In this document: positions 47,520 through 57,485 of the stretch, piece by piece | Numbering within the stretch: the stretch's first letter is position 1 | Layout: each line of letters begins with the position of its first letter | DNA from: an uncultured Gammaproteobacteria bacterium | GTDB taxonomy: Bacteria > Patescibacteriota > Patescibacteriia > Magasanikbacterales > GWA2-37-8 | Direction of reading: 5' to 3' | Assembly (NCBI GenBank): GCA_964355175.1 | Contig: CAYHBZ010000001.1 | Coordinates: 368,523-432,522 of the forward strand | DNA length: 64,000 nucleotides | Notes under the pieces: model-generated | What the model saw: only the letters and a program-made list of their open reading frames with translations | Told to the model about the DNA's origin: nothing | The model's database searches: none | Position numbers and translations under genes: made by a program

Positions 47520-48923
47520 ATGAAGAACAAAATAAAGTCCTCCGCTCTTTTAGTATCCTTATTAATTATTTCGCTCTTTATAGCCGGCGGAAACGCAACT
47601 CCAGCTTCCGCCAAACAAACAAAAAAACATAAAAAATACCGACATAGTTGGTCGGCTACAAAAGGCCATAAAAAAACAAAGGTGGAGGGGAAAAAGGTAA
47701 TAAAAATTCCTGAGGTTAAACCAAACCCAGTCACCGCCACCAGCACTGCCACACCCACCACAACTACTCCGGCTGTGAGCACACCTACTTCTTCCGCTTT
47801 AGAAATAATTAAACAATTTGAAACAACCACTCCTGTCACCGTAGTTAAAGCTTCCACACCTGAAACCAAGGTAAACCTTGAAAGTTCGGATTTATTCCCT
47901 CCGCTACCAGATGTTTCTAATTTCCTTTCCAAACCGGTCGCTTCCAGTGTAGCACCTGCTATAGTGACAGTCGCTGCTCCAACTACACCAGTGACTCCAA
48001 CACAGACACCTACACCCATAGCACCACCGACAACTGCCGCGCCTACCTTAAAAAATATTCAAGCAATGTGGGTGTGGGGTGAATCTTATGGAATTGCCAC
48101 TGACGCCAAAAAACAAGCTGACTTCTTTACTTTCGTCAAAGCGCCGCATGGAAATTCAGCGACTGCTATTAATCGCATCTACTTAAATGGTGACAGTTTT
48201 GATTACAACAGCACTTCCAACAAAACCGCTCTACGCGCCTTTTTGAAAAAGGCTCACCAAAATGGTGTGGCTGTAGAATATCTTACTGGTGACTCCAAGT
48301 GGGCAATACCTGGAAATGAAAGCTCGGCACTAGCCAGAGCTGACAAAATGATTGCCTTCAACAAAGAAACTTCTGATACACAAGAGAGATATGACGGTTT
48401 ACATTTAGATATCGAACCTTATCTACTTCCAGATTGGTCGTCCAACTCATCGGCTGGTACAGACAAATACAATGACGCTATCCAAACCAACTATTTAAAT
48501 ATTTTAGCAACCGCTAAAAGTAAATTAAAAAATAGCGATTCTCGTTTGACTCTGAGTGCTGATATTCCAACTTGGTTTTCAAAAGTTACCGACATTTGGC
48601 CTACCATCACCTCTGATTCCTCACCGCTTGATTACATCACCTTCATGAATTACTTCGACAAAGAGTCCACTTTCTTGTACGGTTATGACGGCGCCAATAA
48701 AGTGGGTGGTATTGGTCCAAACTTAACCAACGGCGGAAAAATACCAATGGTCTTTGGCGCTGAAACTATTCATCTTGATCCAACCTCGATTACCTTTTAT
48801 GAGGAAGGGTTCAACTCTTTGGCAAATGTTTTTTCTAAAGCCAAAGAAGTGTACGGCACCAACTCTCATTTTGCCGGAACCGCGATTCATCATTATAGAA
48901 CTTTAGTGGAATTAAAAGATTAA
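47520..48923 (+). CDS. secreted protein with a Thr/Pro-rich stalk and a putative TIM-barrel glycoside-hydrolase-like domain
   Basis: Signal peptide, K/H-rich patch, T/P linker, then AMWVW...KAHQNGVAV...YDGLHLDIEPY. Confidence 0.65.
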   Translation: MKNKIKSSALLVSLLIISLFIAGGNATPASAKQTKKHKKYRHSWSATKGHKKTKVEGKKVIKIPEVKPNPVTATSTATPTTTTPAVSTPTSSALEIIKQFETTTPVTVVKASTPETKVNLESSDLFPPLPDVSNFLSKPVASSVAPAIVTVAAPTTPVTPTQTPTPIAPPTTAAPTLKNIQAMWVWGESYGIATDAKKQADFFTFVKAPHGNSATAINRIYLNGDSFDYNSTSNKTALRAFLKKAHQNGVAVEYLTGDSKWAIPGNESSALARADKMIAFNKETSDTQERYDGLHLDIEPYLLPDWSSNSSAGTDKYNDAIQTNYLNILATAKSKLKNSDSRLTLSADIPTWFSKVTDIWPTITSDSSPLDYITFMNYFDKESTFLYGYDGANKVGGIGPNLTNGGKIPMVFGAETIHLDPTSITFYEEGFNSLANVFSKAKEVYGTNSHFAGTAIHHYRTLVELKD

Positions 48924-48932
48924 GATTGTTTA

Positions 48933-48970
48933 AATTAAAAAAGTCGGCTTGAGAGCCGACTTTTTTAATT
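48933..48970. terminator. bidirectional terminator
   Basis: AATTAAAAAAGTCGGCT-TGAG-AGCCGACTTTTTTAATT. Confidence 0.88.
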
Positions 48971-48972
48971 GA

Positions 48973-50076
48973 TTATTCTTGACAATCATCTTGTTGACTT
49001 ATTTGCACACTATCACCAACTGCACCATCATAAAATTTACCATCAACATTCACTCCAACGATATTTTTACTTTTTTGCATAAAAGCAAAATGGTCGCCGG
49101 TTAAACTAAAGCTATGAGCACCAAAAGCGCCACTTGTATAAATATTCTTGAACACCTTATTATTATAAACAAAGGATTGTGATGTTTGAGCTGATCTTAG
49201 AAATGCGACATTTTTACCTTCTATACGCGGACGATAACCTTTTCCAATATTCTTACCTTTGAAAACAACCGACGGAGAATAAATTAGGCCTTTATCATAA
49301 GACAGCATACCCTTTTTTAATTCCAAATTACCCCAAGCACCAATATTAGTTACTTTTTTACCATTAAAATATAAATTATAATTTTCTTTTACCAAGGCAA
49401 TGTTTTTACCATCATAATCTCCATGATAACCAACGCCTAAATCTTTATCATTGGCAAATATATGATATTGACCTTTGATGAGTTTTTTGAATATTACATA
49501 GTTTCCATTTAATCTGAAGTCTGTATCGCCAGTAGCAATCTCACCAAAATCTTGATTATCAAAAATCACATGAAATATTGGCGTACCCTTATACCCGGCC
49601 GCGGCTTTAGCCGCACTAATTTCGCTTAGTCCCACCATTCTTAAATAAACAACATGCTCTTGATTAATCTTTAATTTAAAATCGGCATTAGATACCATTT
49701 GAAAATCAATAGATTGCGGATTATATTGTGCCCAATCAATTACCGAACCGAAACTTTTGCCGTCCACCAACACTTCACCCTTTCCACCATTAAGAGGACT
49801 TTTCCAAGCGATATATCCCATTCTATCACCAGCTATTTGTGCCTGACTAATAGATATATAGTCGTTTGGAATATCCACTACTTCACCATTATAATAAAAC
49901 TCTTGAACTCCTTGGACATTACCGGTGTCAACCAAAATATTAAGACATTTATCAGTGGAGAGATCGTTCAAAGCACTATAATCAGATGCGGCACTCGCCA
50001 AATTAGGCAGAGATAATGTCAAAGAAAATATTGCTAAAACGACTAGACTAGACTCATATTTTTTAATAAAAAACAT
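48973..50076 (-). CDS. secreted beta-repeat (propeller-like) hypothetical protein
   Basis: Signal peptide; recurring short beta units (YYNGE, LVDGK, YFNGK, VFKGK, NVDGK). Confidence 0.65.
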   Translation of the reverse strand: MFFIKKYESSLVVLAIFSLTLSLPNLASAASDYSALNDLSTDKCLNILVDTGNVQGVQEFYYNGEVVDIPNDYISISQAQIAGDRMGYIAWKSPLNGGKGEVLVDGKSFGSVIDWAQYNPQSIDFQMVSNADFKLKINQEHVVYLRMVGLSEISAAKAAAGYKGTPIFHVIFDNQDFGEIATGDTDFRLNGNYVIFKKLIKGQYHIFANDKDLGVGYHGDYDGKNIALVKENYNLYFNGKKVTNIGAWGNLELKKGMLSYDKGLIYSPSVVFKGKNIGKGYRPRIEGKNVAFLRSAQTSQSFVYNNKVFKNIYTSGAFGAHSFSLTGDHFAFMQKSKNIVGVNVDGKFYDGAVGDSVQISQQDDCQE

Positions 50077-50102
50077 AAAAATATTTATAAATTAATAACA
50101 CT

Positions 50103-50131
50103 ATTATAACAACCCTATAGTTGAGTGTCAA
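50103..50131 (-). promoter_or_regulatory. consensus sigma70 promoter
   Basis: Perfect TTGACA-17-TATAAT upstream of 50076. Confidence 0.8.
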
Positions 50132-50144
50132 AATTTCCGATATA

Positions 50145-51266
50145 TTATCCGACCCATCTTAAATTTACAAACTGAGATACACTAAAAATTAGCAAAGAAA
50201 AACTAAAAACCAAATATAAATAATAAACAAACTTTTTTTGCATTGCCACTACTATAAATACAGGTAACAACATCAAAGCAAAACGCTGCACGCTGGTAAA
50301 AGTATTACTAAAAAAAGATGGAACAAAATTTAACAGTACAAAAAAAACATAGGCCGGATTTAGACGATATACTTTAGGCAAAGAGACCCCGACAAATACC
50401 ATAGTCAGAATTTCAAAAAAATAACGCCACTGATTTTCACCACCAATAATTATATATTTTATATAAGAAAATACCAGCCTAAACGGCGAGACTCCCAAAC
50501 TACGTCCATACTCGACCTGTGCCCGAAACCAGGCAAATGGATCCCCTACTTGATACCAAAGATAAAATGAAAAAAATATCAGGCCTAGAGGCGGTAAAAC
50601 CAAAAGACCAAAAAAATCTGCCCATTTACGAATTCCACTTTTTTTGGTCTGCACATACCATAGCCAAAGCAGTAATGGAAACAAAAATATCCCAGGCGGG
50701 CGGGCAACACTGGCCAAAGCGGCCACTACAGCCGCCCATATCCATTTTTCTTTATGAGCCAATAAAAACACCAGGGCTACTAGAATCAAAAGAGTAGATT
50801 CACTATACACGCTGATCAAGAAAAAAGAGGTTGGAAACACCGCTAATGCTAAAAGTGCGCGCCAAGCAATATTTTTATTAAATGCAACCAGCACCCAATA
50901 ATAAAAAATAATAAAACTGCCGAGCGCCAAAAAATTGGATATAATTTGTGCGCATACAGCGCTCTGCCAAGTAGTCAAAGAAAGCAATCCACGCCATAAC
51001 AAAGGAAACAAAGGGAAAAAAGTAACATTTGATTGCGTTCCTTTGTGCCAGCTATAGCCATGATGCACGATACTGGCATACCAATTGCTATCCCACCGCC
51101 ACCAAATGGTCTCATTCTGTGACCACATCAGAGCGGCAGATGGCGATGATTGCCCGATAATTTCCACAATTAGTCGCCAGACTAAAAATATAAAAATCGG
51201 AGTCAACCACCAATATTTTTTAAATAAATTACTAAGATAATTTTTGAGATTGGAATATTTTAGCAT
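50145..51266 (-). CDS. PIG-V/GT-C-type mannosyltransferase family membrane protein
   Basis: RWDSNWYASIVHHGY, FFPLFP, FPTSFFL..YSES and ARPPG; multiple TM segments. Confidence 0.88.
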   Translation of the reverse strand: MLKYSNLKNYLSNLFKKYWWLTPIFIFLVWRLIVEIIGQSSPSAALMWSQNETIWWRWDSNWYASIVHHGYSWHKGTQSNVTFFPLFPLLWRGLLSLTTWQSAVCAQIISNFLALGSFIIFYYWVLVAFNKNIAWRALLALAVFPTSFFLISVYSESTLLILVALVFLLAHKEKWIWAAVVAALASVARPPGIFLFPLLLWLWYVQTKKSGIRKWADFFGLLVLPPLGLIFFSFYLWYQVGDPFAWFRAQVEYGRSLGVSPFRLVFSYIKYIIIGGENQWRYFFEILTMVFVGVSLPKVYRLNPAYVFFVLLNFVPSFFSNTFTSVQRFALMLLPVFIVVAMQKKFVYYLYLVFSFSLLIFSVSQFVNLRWVG

Positions 51267-51366
51267 AGAGGATATTATATCACCTATAAATAAAATGACA
51301 CAAATCCAAAAAAATGGTAAAATAATAACTACTATTCTCGTGAAAATGAGAATCTAATAGAATATT

Positions 51367-53466
51367 ATGAAACTAGACGCAATTTTTTATCCCAAATCTA
51401 TCGCCATCATCGGCGCCTCCACCGAAGTCGGTCATGTCGGCAATGATATTGTGAAAAATTTAGTGAAGCAAGGTTATAAAGGAAAAATTTATCCGGTAAA
51501 TCCAAAAACGACTGAACTTTACAATCTCAAATGCTACCCAAATATTTCCGCGATCAAATCGGGTGTGGATCTAGCTGTAATAGTAGTGCCTTCCGGCATT
51601 GTGCCAGCGGTATTGCAAGAAGCGGCAAAGAAAAAAATTAAAGGAGCAATTGTTATTTCCGCCGGCTTTAAAGAAGTCGGCAATTTTGATCTGGAAAAAC
51701 AAGTAAAAGAAATTTGTCAAAAAAATAATATCGCGCTAGTGGGGCCAAACTGTCTGGGTGTAATTAATCCGGAAAATAAAATGAACGCCTCGTTTGCCAA
51801 TATTATGCCGCCCGCTGGCAATATCGCTTTTATCTCCCAAAGTGGCGCGCTTTGCACCGCCATTTTGGATTATGCCCAAAAATTAGATATTGGATTTTCT
51901 AAGTTTGTCAGTGTGGGCAACAAAGCCCTGATGTCCGAAGCCGATCTATTTGATTACCTGGCCAAAGATAAAAAAACCAAAGTAGTAGCAATGTATGCCG
52001 AACAACTTACCAACGCTCCCGCTCTTATCGCCGCCGCTAAAAAATTGACCCACGGCAAAAATCCAAAACCGGTAATTGCGATAAAATCCGGCCGCACCTC
52101 TGCTGGCGCCTCGGCCTCAGCTTCACACACTGGTGCTCTAGCCGGCAATGACGCGGCCTACGAAGCTTTATTTGCCCAGAGCGGCATCATTCGTGTGGAA
52201 ACCATCCAAGAGCTTTTCGATTACCTCCGCGTCTTCACCCACAATGAATTACCAAAAGGCGACCGTGTAGCCATAGTCACCAATGCCGGCGGCCCAGGCG
52301 TGCTCACTACCGATACTGTGGTTCTGACCGGTCTCAAATTAGCGCCAATTTCCGAAGCTACCAAAGCCCAATTAAAAAAACATTTACCACCTTTTGCTAA
52401 TTTCAAAAATCCAATTGATGTGCTTGGCGATGCCCGCGCGGATAGATATGAAGCGGCCATAAATATTTTGGAGAAGGATAAAAATGTCGACAGTATTATC
52501 GTAATTCTCACCCCCCAATCCGTCACCGAATTTAGTAAAACCGCCCAAGCGATAGTACACGCCAAAAAGAAAAGCAAAAAACCAATTGTGGCCAGCTTTA
52601 TGGGCGGACATCTCGTAAATTTAGGAATTAAAATTTTGCGCAGTCACGGCGTGTCCACTTTTAATTTCCCCGAAAGTGCCGCTATGGCGCTAGGCGCTTT
52701 GACAGATTTTAAATTTATTGAAAAAGAAAAAAATAATTCTCATTTTAAATTTAAAAATACTAATAAAAATATAATTGGGAAAATTTTTGACGAAGCCAAA
52801 GCGCGCAAACAAGTATTTTTCCCGGAAGTTGATTCTCTGCCAATTCTACATCACTACGGCTTCCCTACTTTACCGTCCTACACCGCTTCCAGCGCTGAGG
52901 AAGCGCATGAAATAGCGAAAAGAATTGGCAAAAAAGTAGCAATGAAAATCGTATCACCAGATATTTTACACAAAACTGATTCTGGCGGTGTGATGCTGGG
53001 CGTCACTCCGGAAAATGCGGCCAGCAGTTTTAGAGAAATGATGAAAAAAGTAAAAAAGAATGTACCGACCGCAAAAATTGAAGGCGTGCTAATCAATGAA
53101 ATGATCAAAGAAAAAGGGGTAGAAATGATTCTAGGTGCCGTAAAAGACGCGGGCCTGGGACACACTATCATGGTTGGTCTAGGCGGTGTGTATGTAGAAG
53201 TGTTCAAAGATGTGGCGTTTGGCCTGGCCCCATTGACCAAAGGTGATGCCCAGAAAATGCTTTCTAAATTAAAATCCAAAAATATTTTGGACGGCGCGCG
53301 CGGACAAACGGTGCTCGACAGTGAGGCGCTAATTGATTGTATCGGCCGACTTTCACAATTACTAATGGATTTTCCAAATATTAAAGAATTGGATATCAAT
53401 CCCCTGTTGGTTTTACCAAAAGGAAAAGGGGTGCGCGTGTTGGACGCCAGAATTGTTGTTGAATAA
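51367..53466 (+). CDS. acetate--CoA ligase (ADP-forming), fused alpha/beta
   Basis: CoA-binding N-terminus, GPNCLG, SQSGA, ASHTGALAG, NPIDVLGDA and an ATP-grasp domain (HKTDSGGV, ELDINPL). Confidence 0.95.
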   Translation: MKLDAIFYPKSIAIIGASTEVGHVGNDIVKNLVKQGYKGKIYPVNPKTTELYNLKCYPNISAIKSGVDLAVIVVPSGIVPAVLQEAAKKKIKGAIVISAGFKEVGNFDLEKQVKEICQKNNIALVGPNCLGVINPENKMNASFANIMPPAGNIAFISQSGALCTAILDYAQKLDIGFSKFVSVGNKALMSEADLFDYLAKDKKTKVVAMYAEQLTNAPALIAAAKKLTHGKNPKPVIAIKSGRTSAGASASASHTGALAGNDAAYEALFAQSGIIRVETIQELFDYLRVFTHNELPKGDRVAIVTNAGGPGVLTTDTVVLTGLKLAPISEATKAQLKKHLPPFANFKNPIDVLGDARADRYEAAINILEKDKNVDSIIVILTPQSVTEFSKTAQAIVHAKKKSKKPIVASFMGGHLVNLGIKILRSHGVSTFNFPESAAMALGALTDFKFIEKEKNNSHFKFKNTNKNIIGKIFDEAKARKQVFFPEVDSLPILHHYGFPTLPSYTASSAEEAHEIAKRIGKKVAMKIVSPDILHKTDSGGVMLGVTPENAASSFREMMKKVKKNVPTAKIEGVLINEMIKEKGVEMILGAVKDAGLGHTIMVGLGGVYVEVFKDVAFGLAPLTKGDAQKMLSKLKSKNILDGARGQTVLDSEALIDCIGRLSQLLMDFPNIKELDINPLLVLPKGKGVRVLDARIVVE

Positions 53467-53482
53467 TTTTTGTATTCATAAG

Positions 53483-53509
53483 AAAAAATCCGCTTTACGC
53501 GGATTTTTT
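53483..53509. terminator. bidirectional terminator
   Basis: AAAAAATCCGC-TTTAC-GCGGATTTTTT. Confidence 0.8.
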
Positions 53510-53522
53510 ATTTATAAAAATT

Positions 53523-54887
53523 TTATCCAAGAATAATTTTTTTGACTTCCTCCAGCCTCTGCTCCATTTCCTCTTTTGTATTCGCCTCCAAATTTAGACG
53601 CAACACCGGTTCGGTATTACTGACACGCACATTAAACCACCAAGTCGGATACTCCACATAAAAACCATCCATTTCTACTACTTTCCCATCGCTATATTTT
53701 TCTCTGAGCTTAGCAATAATTTCTGCTTTTTTGTCCGTATGAAAATTTATCTCACCGGAATGAAAATATTTATTCTGCAAAGGCATTATAAGATCGGTGA
53801 TTGTTTTGCCTGTACGCGAAACTAAACTTAAAAGATACAACAACGATAGATCTGACGATTCTACTCCATACATATTTTCAAAATAAAGATGTAAAGATAG
53901 CTCGCTACCAAACTTCACCTTTTCTTCTTTCATCTTCTTTTTTATAAGTGCATGACCAATTGGACACATGCCAGTTTTGGCACCAGCCGCTTCCCAGACA
54001 TCGCGTATAATTTTACTGCTACGCAAATCATAAAGCATGTGCGCTCCAGGATTATTTTTTATTACTTCGAGTCCAACCAATGCCCCTACAAACGAAGCCT
54101 CTACCACTTCACCTTTTTCATCTACCAATCCGATACGATCCGCATCGCCATCCAGCGCAAACCCAAAATCCGCGCCGGTTTCTTTTACCTTTGCCTGTAA
54201 ATCCTTTAGAGTTTCTGCTTTGAGAGGATTGGCTTCGTGATTTGGGAAAGTACCATCTGGTTCCAAATACATATATTCTACTTCTACTGGCAAACGCTTC
54301 AACATCTCCACAAAACTCACCTTACCCATACCATTGCCAGCATCCAATACAATTTTAAGCGGCTTAATTTCTTCAGGCTTTACCAAGGAAAATATTTTAG
54401 CAATATAATCCTCCAACACATTCATATTTTTTAGCTCACCCTTTGCGCCGACAGAAGCAAACTCCGCTTTTTCCGCCAAATCTCGAATTTGTTCCATGCC
54501 ATTTCCCCTGCCCACCGGCGTGCCATCTCCCAAAGTCATTTTAAAACCATTATACTCCGCTGGATTATGAGAAGCAGTGACCATGATACCAGCCAAATGA
54601 TCACTGTAATGAGCGCAGGCAAAATTAAAAAGTGGCGTGGTCACCAAGCCAACATCCATCACATTAAAACCCTCATCCCGCAAAGCAGTTCTGACTTGCT
54701 CTGAATACCCCACACTGCTGGGACGCATATCATAGCCGACCACCACCAATTTTTTATTATCAAAAAGTCCGCGCTCGCGCAAAAATACGCCATACGCGCG
54801 ACCAATTTTATAAGCCAAATCATCACTCAACTCCCCCGCTACCAAACCCCTAATATCATAGGCTTTAAATATCTGTTTTGGGAACAT
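53523..54887 (-). CDS. phosphomannomutase/phosphoglucomutase
   Basis: FKAYDIRG, TASHNP, DGDADR and RVSNTEP. Confidence 0.96.
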   Translation of the reverse strand: MFPKQIFKAYDIRGLVAGELSDDLAYKIGRAYGVFLRERGLFDNKKLVVVGYDMRPSSVGYSEQVRTALRDEGFNVMDVGLVTTPLFNFACAHYSDHLAGIMVTASHNPAEYNGFKMTLGDGTPVGRGNGMEQIRDLAEKAEFASVGAKGELKNMNVLEDYIAKIFSLVKPEEIKPLKIVLDAGNGMGKVSFVEMLKRLPVEVEYMYLEPDGTFPNHEANPLKAETLKDLQAKVKETGADFGFALDGDADRIGLVDEKGEVVEASFVGALVGLEVIKNNPGAHMLYDLRSSKIIRDVWEAAGAKTGMCPIGHALIKKKMKEEKVKFGSELSLHLYFENMYGVESSDLSLLYLLSLVSRTGKTITDLIMPLQNKYFHSGEINFHTDKKAEIIAKLREKYSDGKVVEMDGFYVEYPTWWFNVRVSNTEPVLRLNLEANTKEEMEQRLEEVKKIILG

Positions 54888-54906
54888 ATTTTTGTCTATT
54901 TTTAGC

Positions 54907-54935
54907 TTGTTAAAAAAGTGGTTTCATTATATAAT
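54907..54935 (+). promoter_or_regulatory. putative promoter of the clpC operon
   Basis: TTGTTA-17-TATAAT. Confidence 0.55.
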
Positions 54936-54957
54936 ATCCTTATACTAAAAGCAATCT

Positions 54958-57480
54958 ATGTCCATATTAGACAGGTTTTCCAGTCATCTCAAAGAGGTGC
55001 TGAGTAAAAGCATCCAACTGGCTACCAAGCTAGGCAATGCCGAGGTTTTACCCTTGCATATATTTTTTATTTTACAAAATCAAAAAGGGTCAGTAGCGGC
55101 CGAAATTCTCAATCGTCTAAAAATTGATTTGAAAAGCGTAGAAAACGCTATTTTGGAATTACCAATAGAAAATATTAAAAAAATTGGCCACACCCACCAA
55201 GCCACTATGGCTTCTATGTCCTCTGAATGCAAACGCGCCACTGAACGCGCGATGATAGTGGCTCAGGAAAATCTCCATAATTATATCGGCACCGAACATC
55301 TCCTCAAGGGATTGATTGAACTGCACGACCTGGAAATAGAAACGGTTTTAAAAGAAAATAAAATCAGTGCCACTGAGATTTCTAAACAGCTATCGACGGT
55401 TTTGACCAACGCTTCTCAGTTTCCACAAATCACCGAAGTTGTGGATGCTATCGAAAAACTCCAGGATAATATTTCAAACGGCGGCGACATGAATGAACTT
55501 CCGTCGACTCAGCCCGGCCATACCCATAAACATAAAGCCAAAGGAAAAAAAGATAGTGCTCTGGATTTTTTTGCTACCAATTTGACCGATGAAACTCTGC
55601 AAAAAGATATCGACCCTATTATCGGTCGTGAAGCGGAGATCGAAAGACTGATCCAGATCCTCTGTCGCCGCACCAAAAATAATCCGGTATTGCTCGGCGA
55701 TCCGGGGGTTGGCAAAACCGCGATCGTAGAAGGTCTAGCCAAACGTATTTTACACAATGAGGTTCCAGATATTTTATTGAACAAAAAAATCTTCTCACTC
55801 GACATGGGATTAATGATTGCCGGCACAATCTATCGCGGCGAATTTGAGGGTCGTTTGCGCCAAGTGATAGATGAAGTGGCCTCTAATCCAAATATTATTT
55901 TGTTTATTGACGAGCTCCATAATATCGTGGGCGCCGGCTCTAATCAGGGCACCATGGACGCCGCCAATATTCTCAAGCCTGCTCTGGCTCGCGGTCAAAT
56001 TCGCTGTATTGGTTCTACCACTCTTTCTGAATTTAAAAAACATATTGAAAACGATTCCGCTCTCGAACGCCGCTTCCAGCCGATAATGGTGAAAGAGCCG
56101 ACCCTAGAAGATGCTGTAAAAATCCTGGAGGGCATCAAACTAAATTACGAAAATTTTCATAACATCAAAATCAATAGTAGCGCGACAGAAGCGGCCGTGA
56201 GATTATCCGATCGCTATATTCATAATAAATTTTTACCGGATAAAGCTATTGATTTACTGGATGAAACCGCGGCGGCGGCTCGCATCGGCGGTAAAGGCTC
56301 GATCTGGACTGGCAAAATCGAACGCCTCAAACAAAAATTAGAAAAAGCCACTCTAGCCAAAGAAAACGCCGCGCTCAAAGATAAATTCAACGAAGCGGTA
56401 AAACTAAAAAATCAAGAAGAGAAATTACGCGCAGAAATAGAACAAGCTCTCAAAGACAGTAAGGAGAAAAAACAAAAATACTTTGGTGAGATCAGCGAAG
56501 CTGAAGTACTAGCACAAGTAGCCAAGATAATCGGCGCCAAACCAAGTGAATTGATGCTTGAAGAAAAAAATGAATTAATGAGTTTGGAAACCAAGCTCAA
56601 ACAAAATATTGTCGGCCAAGATCAAATCGTCTCCGAAGTGACCGCCGTGATAAATCGCGCCCGCTTAGGTCTAAGCCATCCAGACAGACCACTCGCCTCT
56701 TTTCTATTTGTAGGCGAAAGCGGTGTGGGCAAAACCGAGCTGGCCAAATCTATCGCCAAAACTTTGTATTCCAGCAAGGATGCTTTTGTAAAATTGGACA
56801 TGAGCGAATTTAATGAAAGTTTCGGCGTTTCCAAACTGCTCGGCTCACCGGCCGGTTATATTGGCTATAAAGAAAATAATAACTTCACCGATAGAATAAA
56901 AAATAATCCTCACTGTGTGGTGCTCTTTGATGAAATTGATAAAGCCCACAAAGATGTCACCAAAATATTACTCCAGATGCTGGAAAACGGTGAAGTGACC
57001 GACTCCACTGGCAAAAAAATCTCCCTCAAACATTCTATAATTATTCTCACTACCACCATGGGCGCCGACGCGGCCAAACGCGCGGTCTTCGGTTTTGGAT
57101 CCGCCGACACACAAGACAGCGCGCGTGATCAAAAAATTGTGGAAAAACTAAAAGAATATTTTTCACCGGAAATTATCAATCGCCTGGATAAAATTTGTTT
57201 ATTCAACAATCTCTCCAAAGAAGATCTATCCAAAATCGCCGCTTTGGAAATCGAAAGCCTAAATGAGCGTCTAAGCCAATATCATACTCAAATAAAATAC
57301 AAAGAATCCGCTCTACAAGAATATTTATCTTCCCTATCAAAAGATAGCCAGAATGCCCGCACTGTCCGTCGCCAACTCCGCACCCAGATTGAAAAATTAA
57401 TTGCCGAAATGATTATTGAAAAGAAAAGCAAAAAACAATATCAATTGGAAGTTAATGGACAACAATTGACTGTGAAATAA
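54958..57480 (+). CDS. clpC: ATP-dependent Clp protease ATP-binding subunit
   Basis: Clp N repeats, two AAA+ modules (GDPGVGKT, GESGVGKT), a short coiled middle domain and an FGF loop. Confidence 0.93.
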   Translation: MSILDRFSSHLKEVLSKSIQLATKLGNAEVLPLHIFFILQNQKGSVAAEILNRLKIDLKSVENAILELPIENIKKIGHTHQATMASMSSECKRATERAMIVAQENLHNYIGTEHLLKGLIELHDLEIETVLKENKISATEISKQLSTVLTNASQFPQITEVVDAIEKLQDNISNGGDMNELPSTQPGHTHKHKAKGKKDSALDFFATNLTDETLQKDIDPIIGREAEIERLIQILCRRTKNNPVLLGDPGVGKTAIVEGLAKRILHNEVPDILLNKKIFSLDMGLMIAGTIYRGEFEGRLRQVIDEVASNPNIILFIDELHNIVGAGSNQGTMDAANILKPALARGQIRCIGSTTLSEFKKHIENDSALERRFQPIMVKEPTLEDAVKILEGIKLNYENFHNIKINSSATEAAVRLSDRYIHNKFLPDKAIDLLDETAAAARIGGKGSIWTGKIERLKQKLEKATLAKENAALKDKFNEAVKLKNQEEKLRAEIEQALKDSKEKKQKYFGEISEAEVLAQVAKIIGAKPSELMLEEKNELMSLETKLKQNIVGQDQIVSEVTAVINRARLGLSHPDRPLASFLFVGESGVGKTELAKSIAKTLYSSKDAFVKLDMSEFNESFGVSKLLGSPAGYIGYKENNNFTDRIKNNPHCVVLFDEIDKAHKDVTKILLQMLENGEVTDSTGKKISLKHSIIILTTTMGADAAKRAVFGFGSADTQDSARDQKIVEKLKEYFSPEIINRLDKICLFNNLSKEDLSKIAALEIESLNERLSQYHTQIKYKESALQEYLSSLSKDSQNARTVRRQLRTQIEKLIAEMIIEKKSKKQYQLEVNGQQLTVK

Positions 57481-57485
57481 TAATT

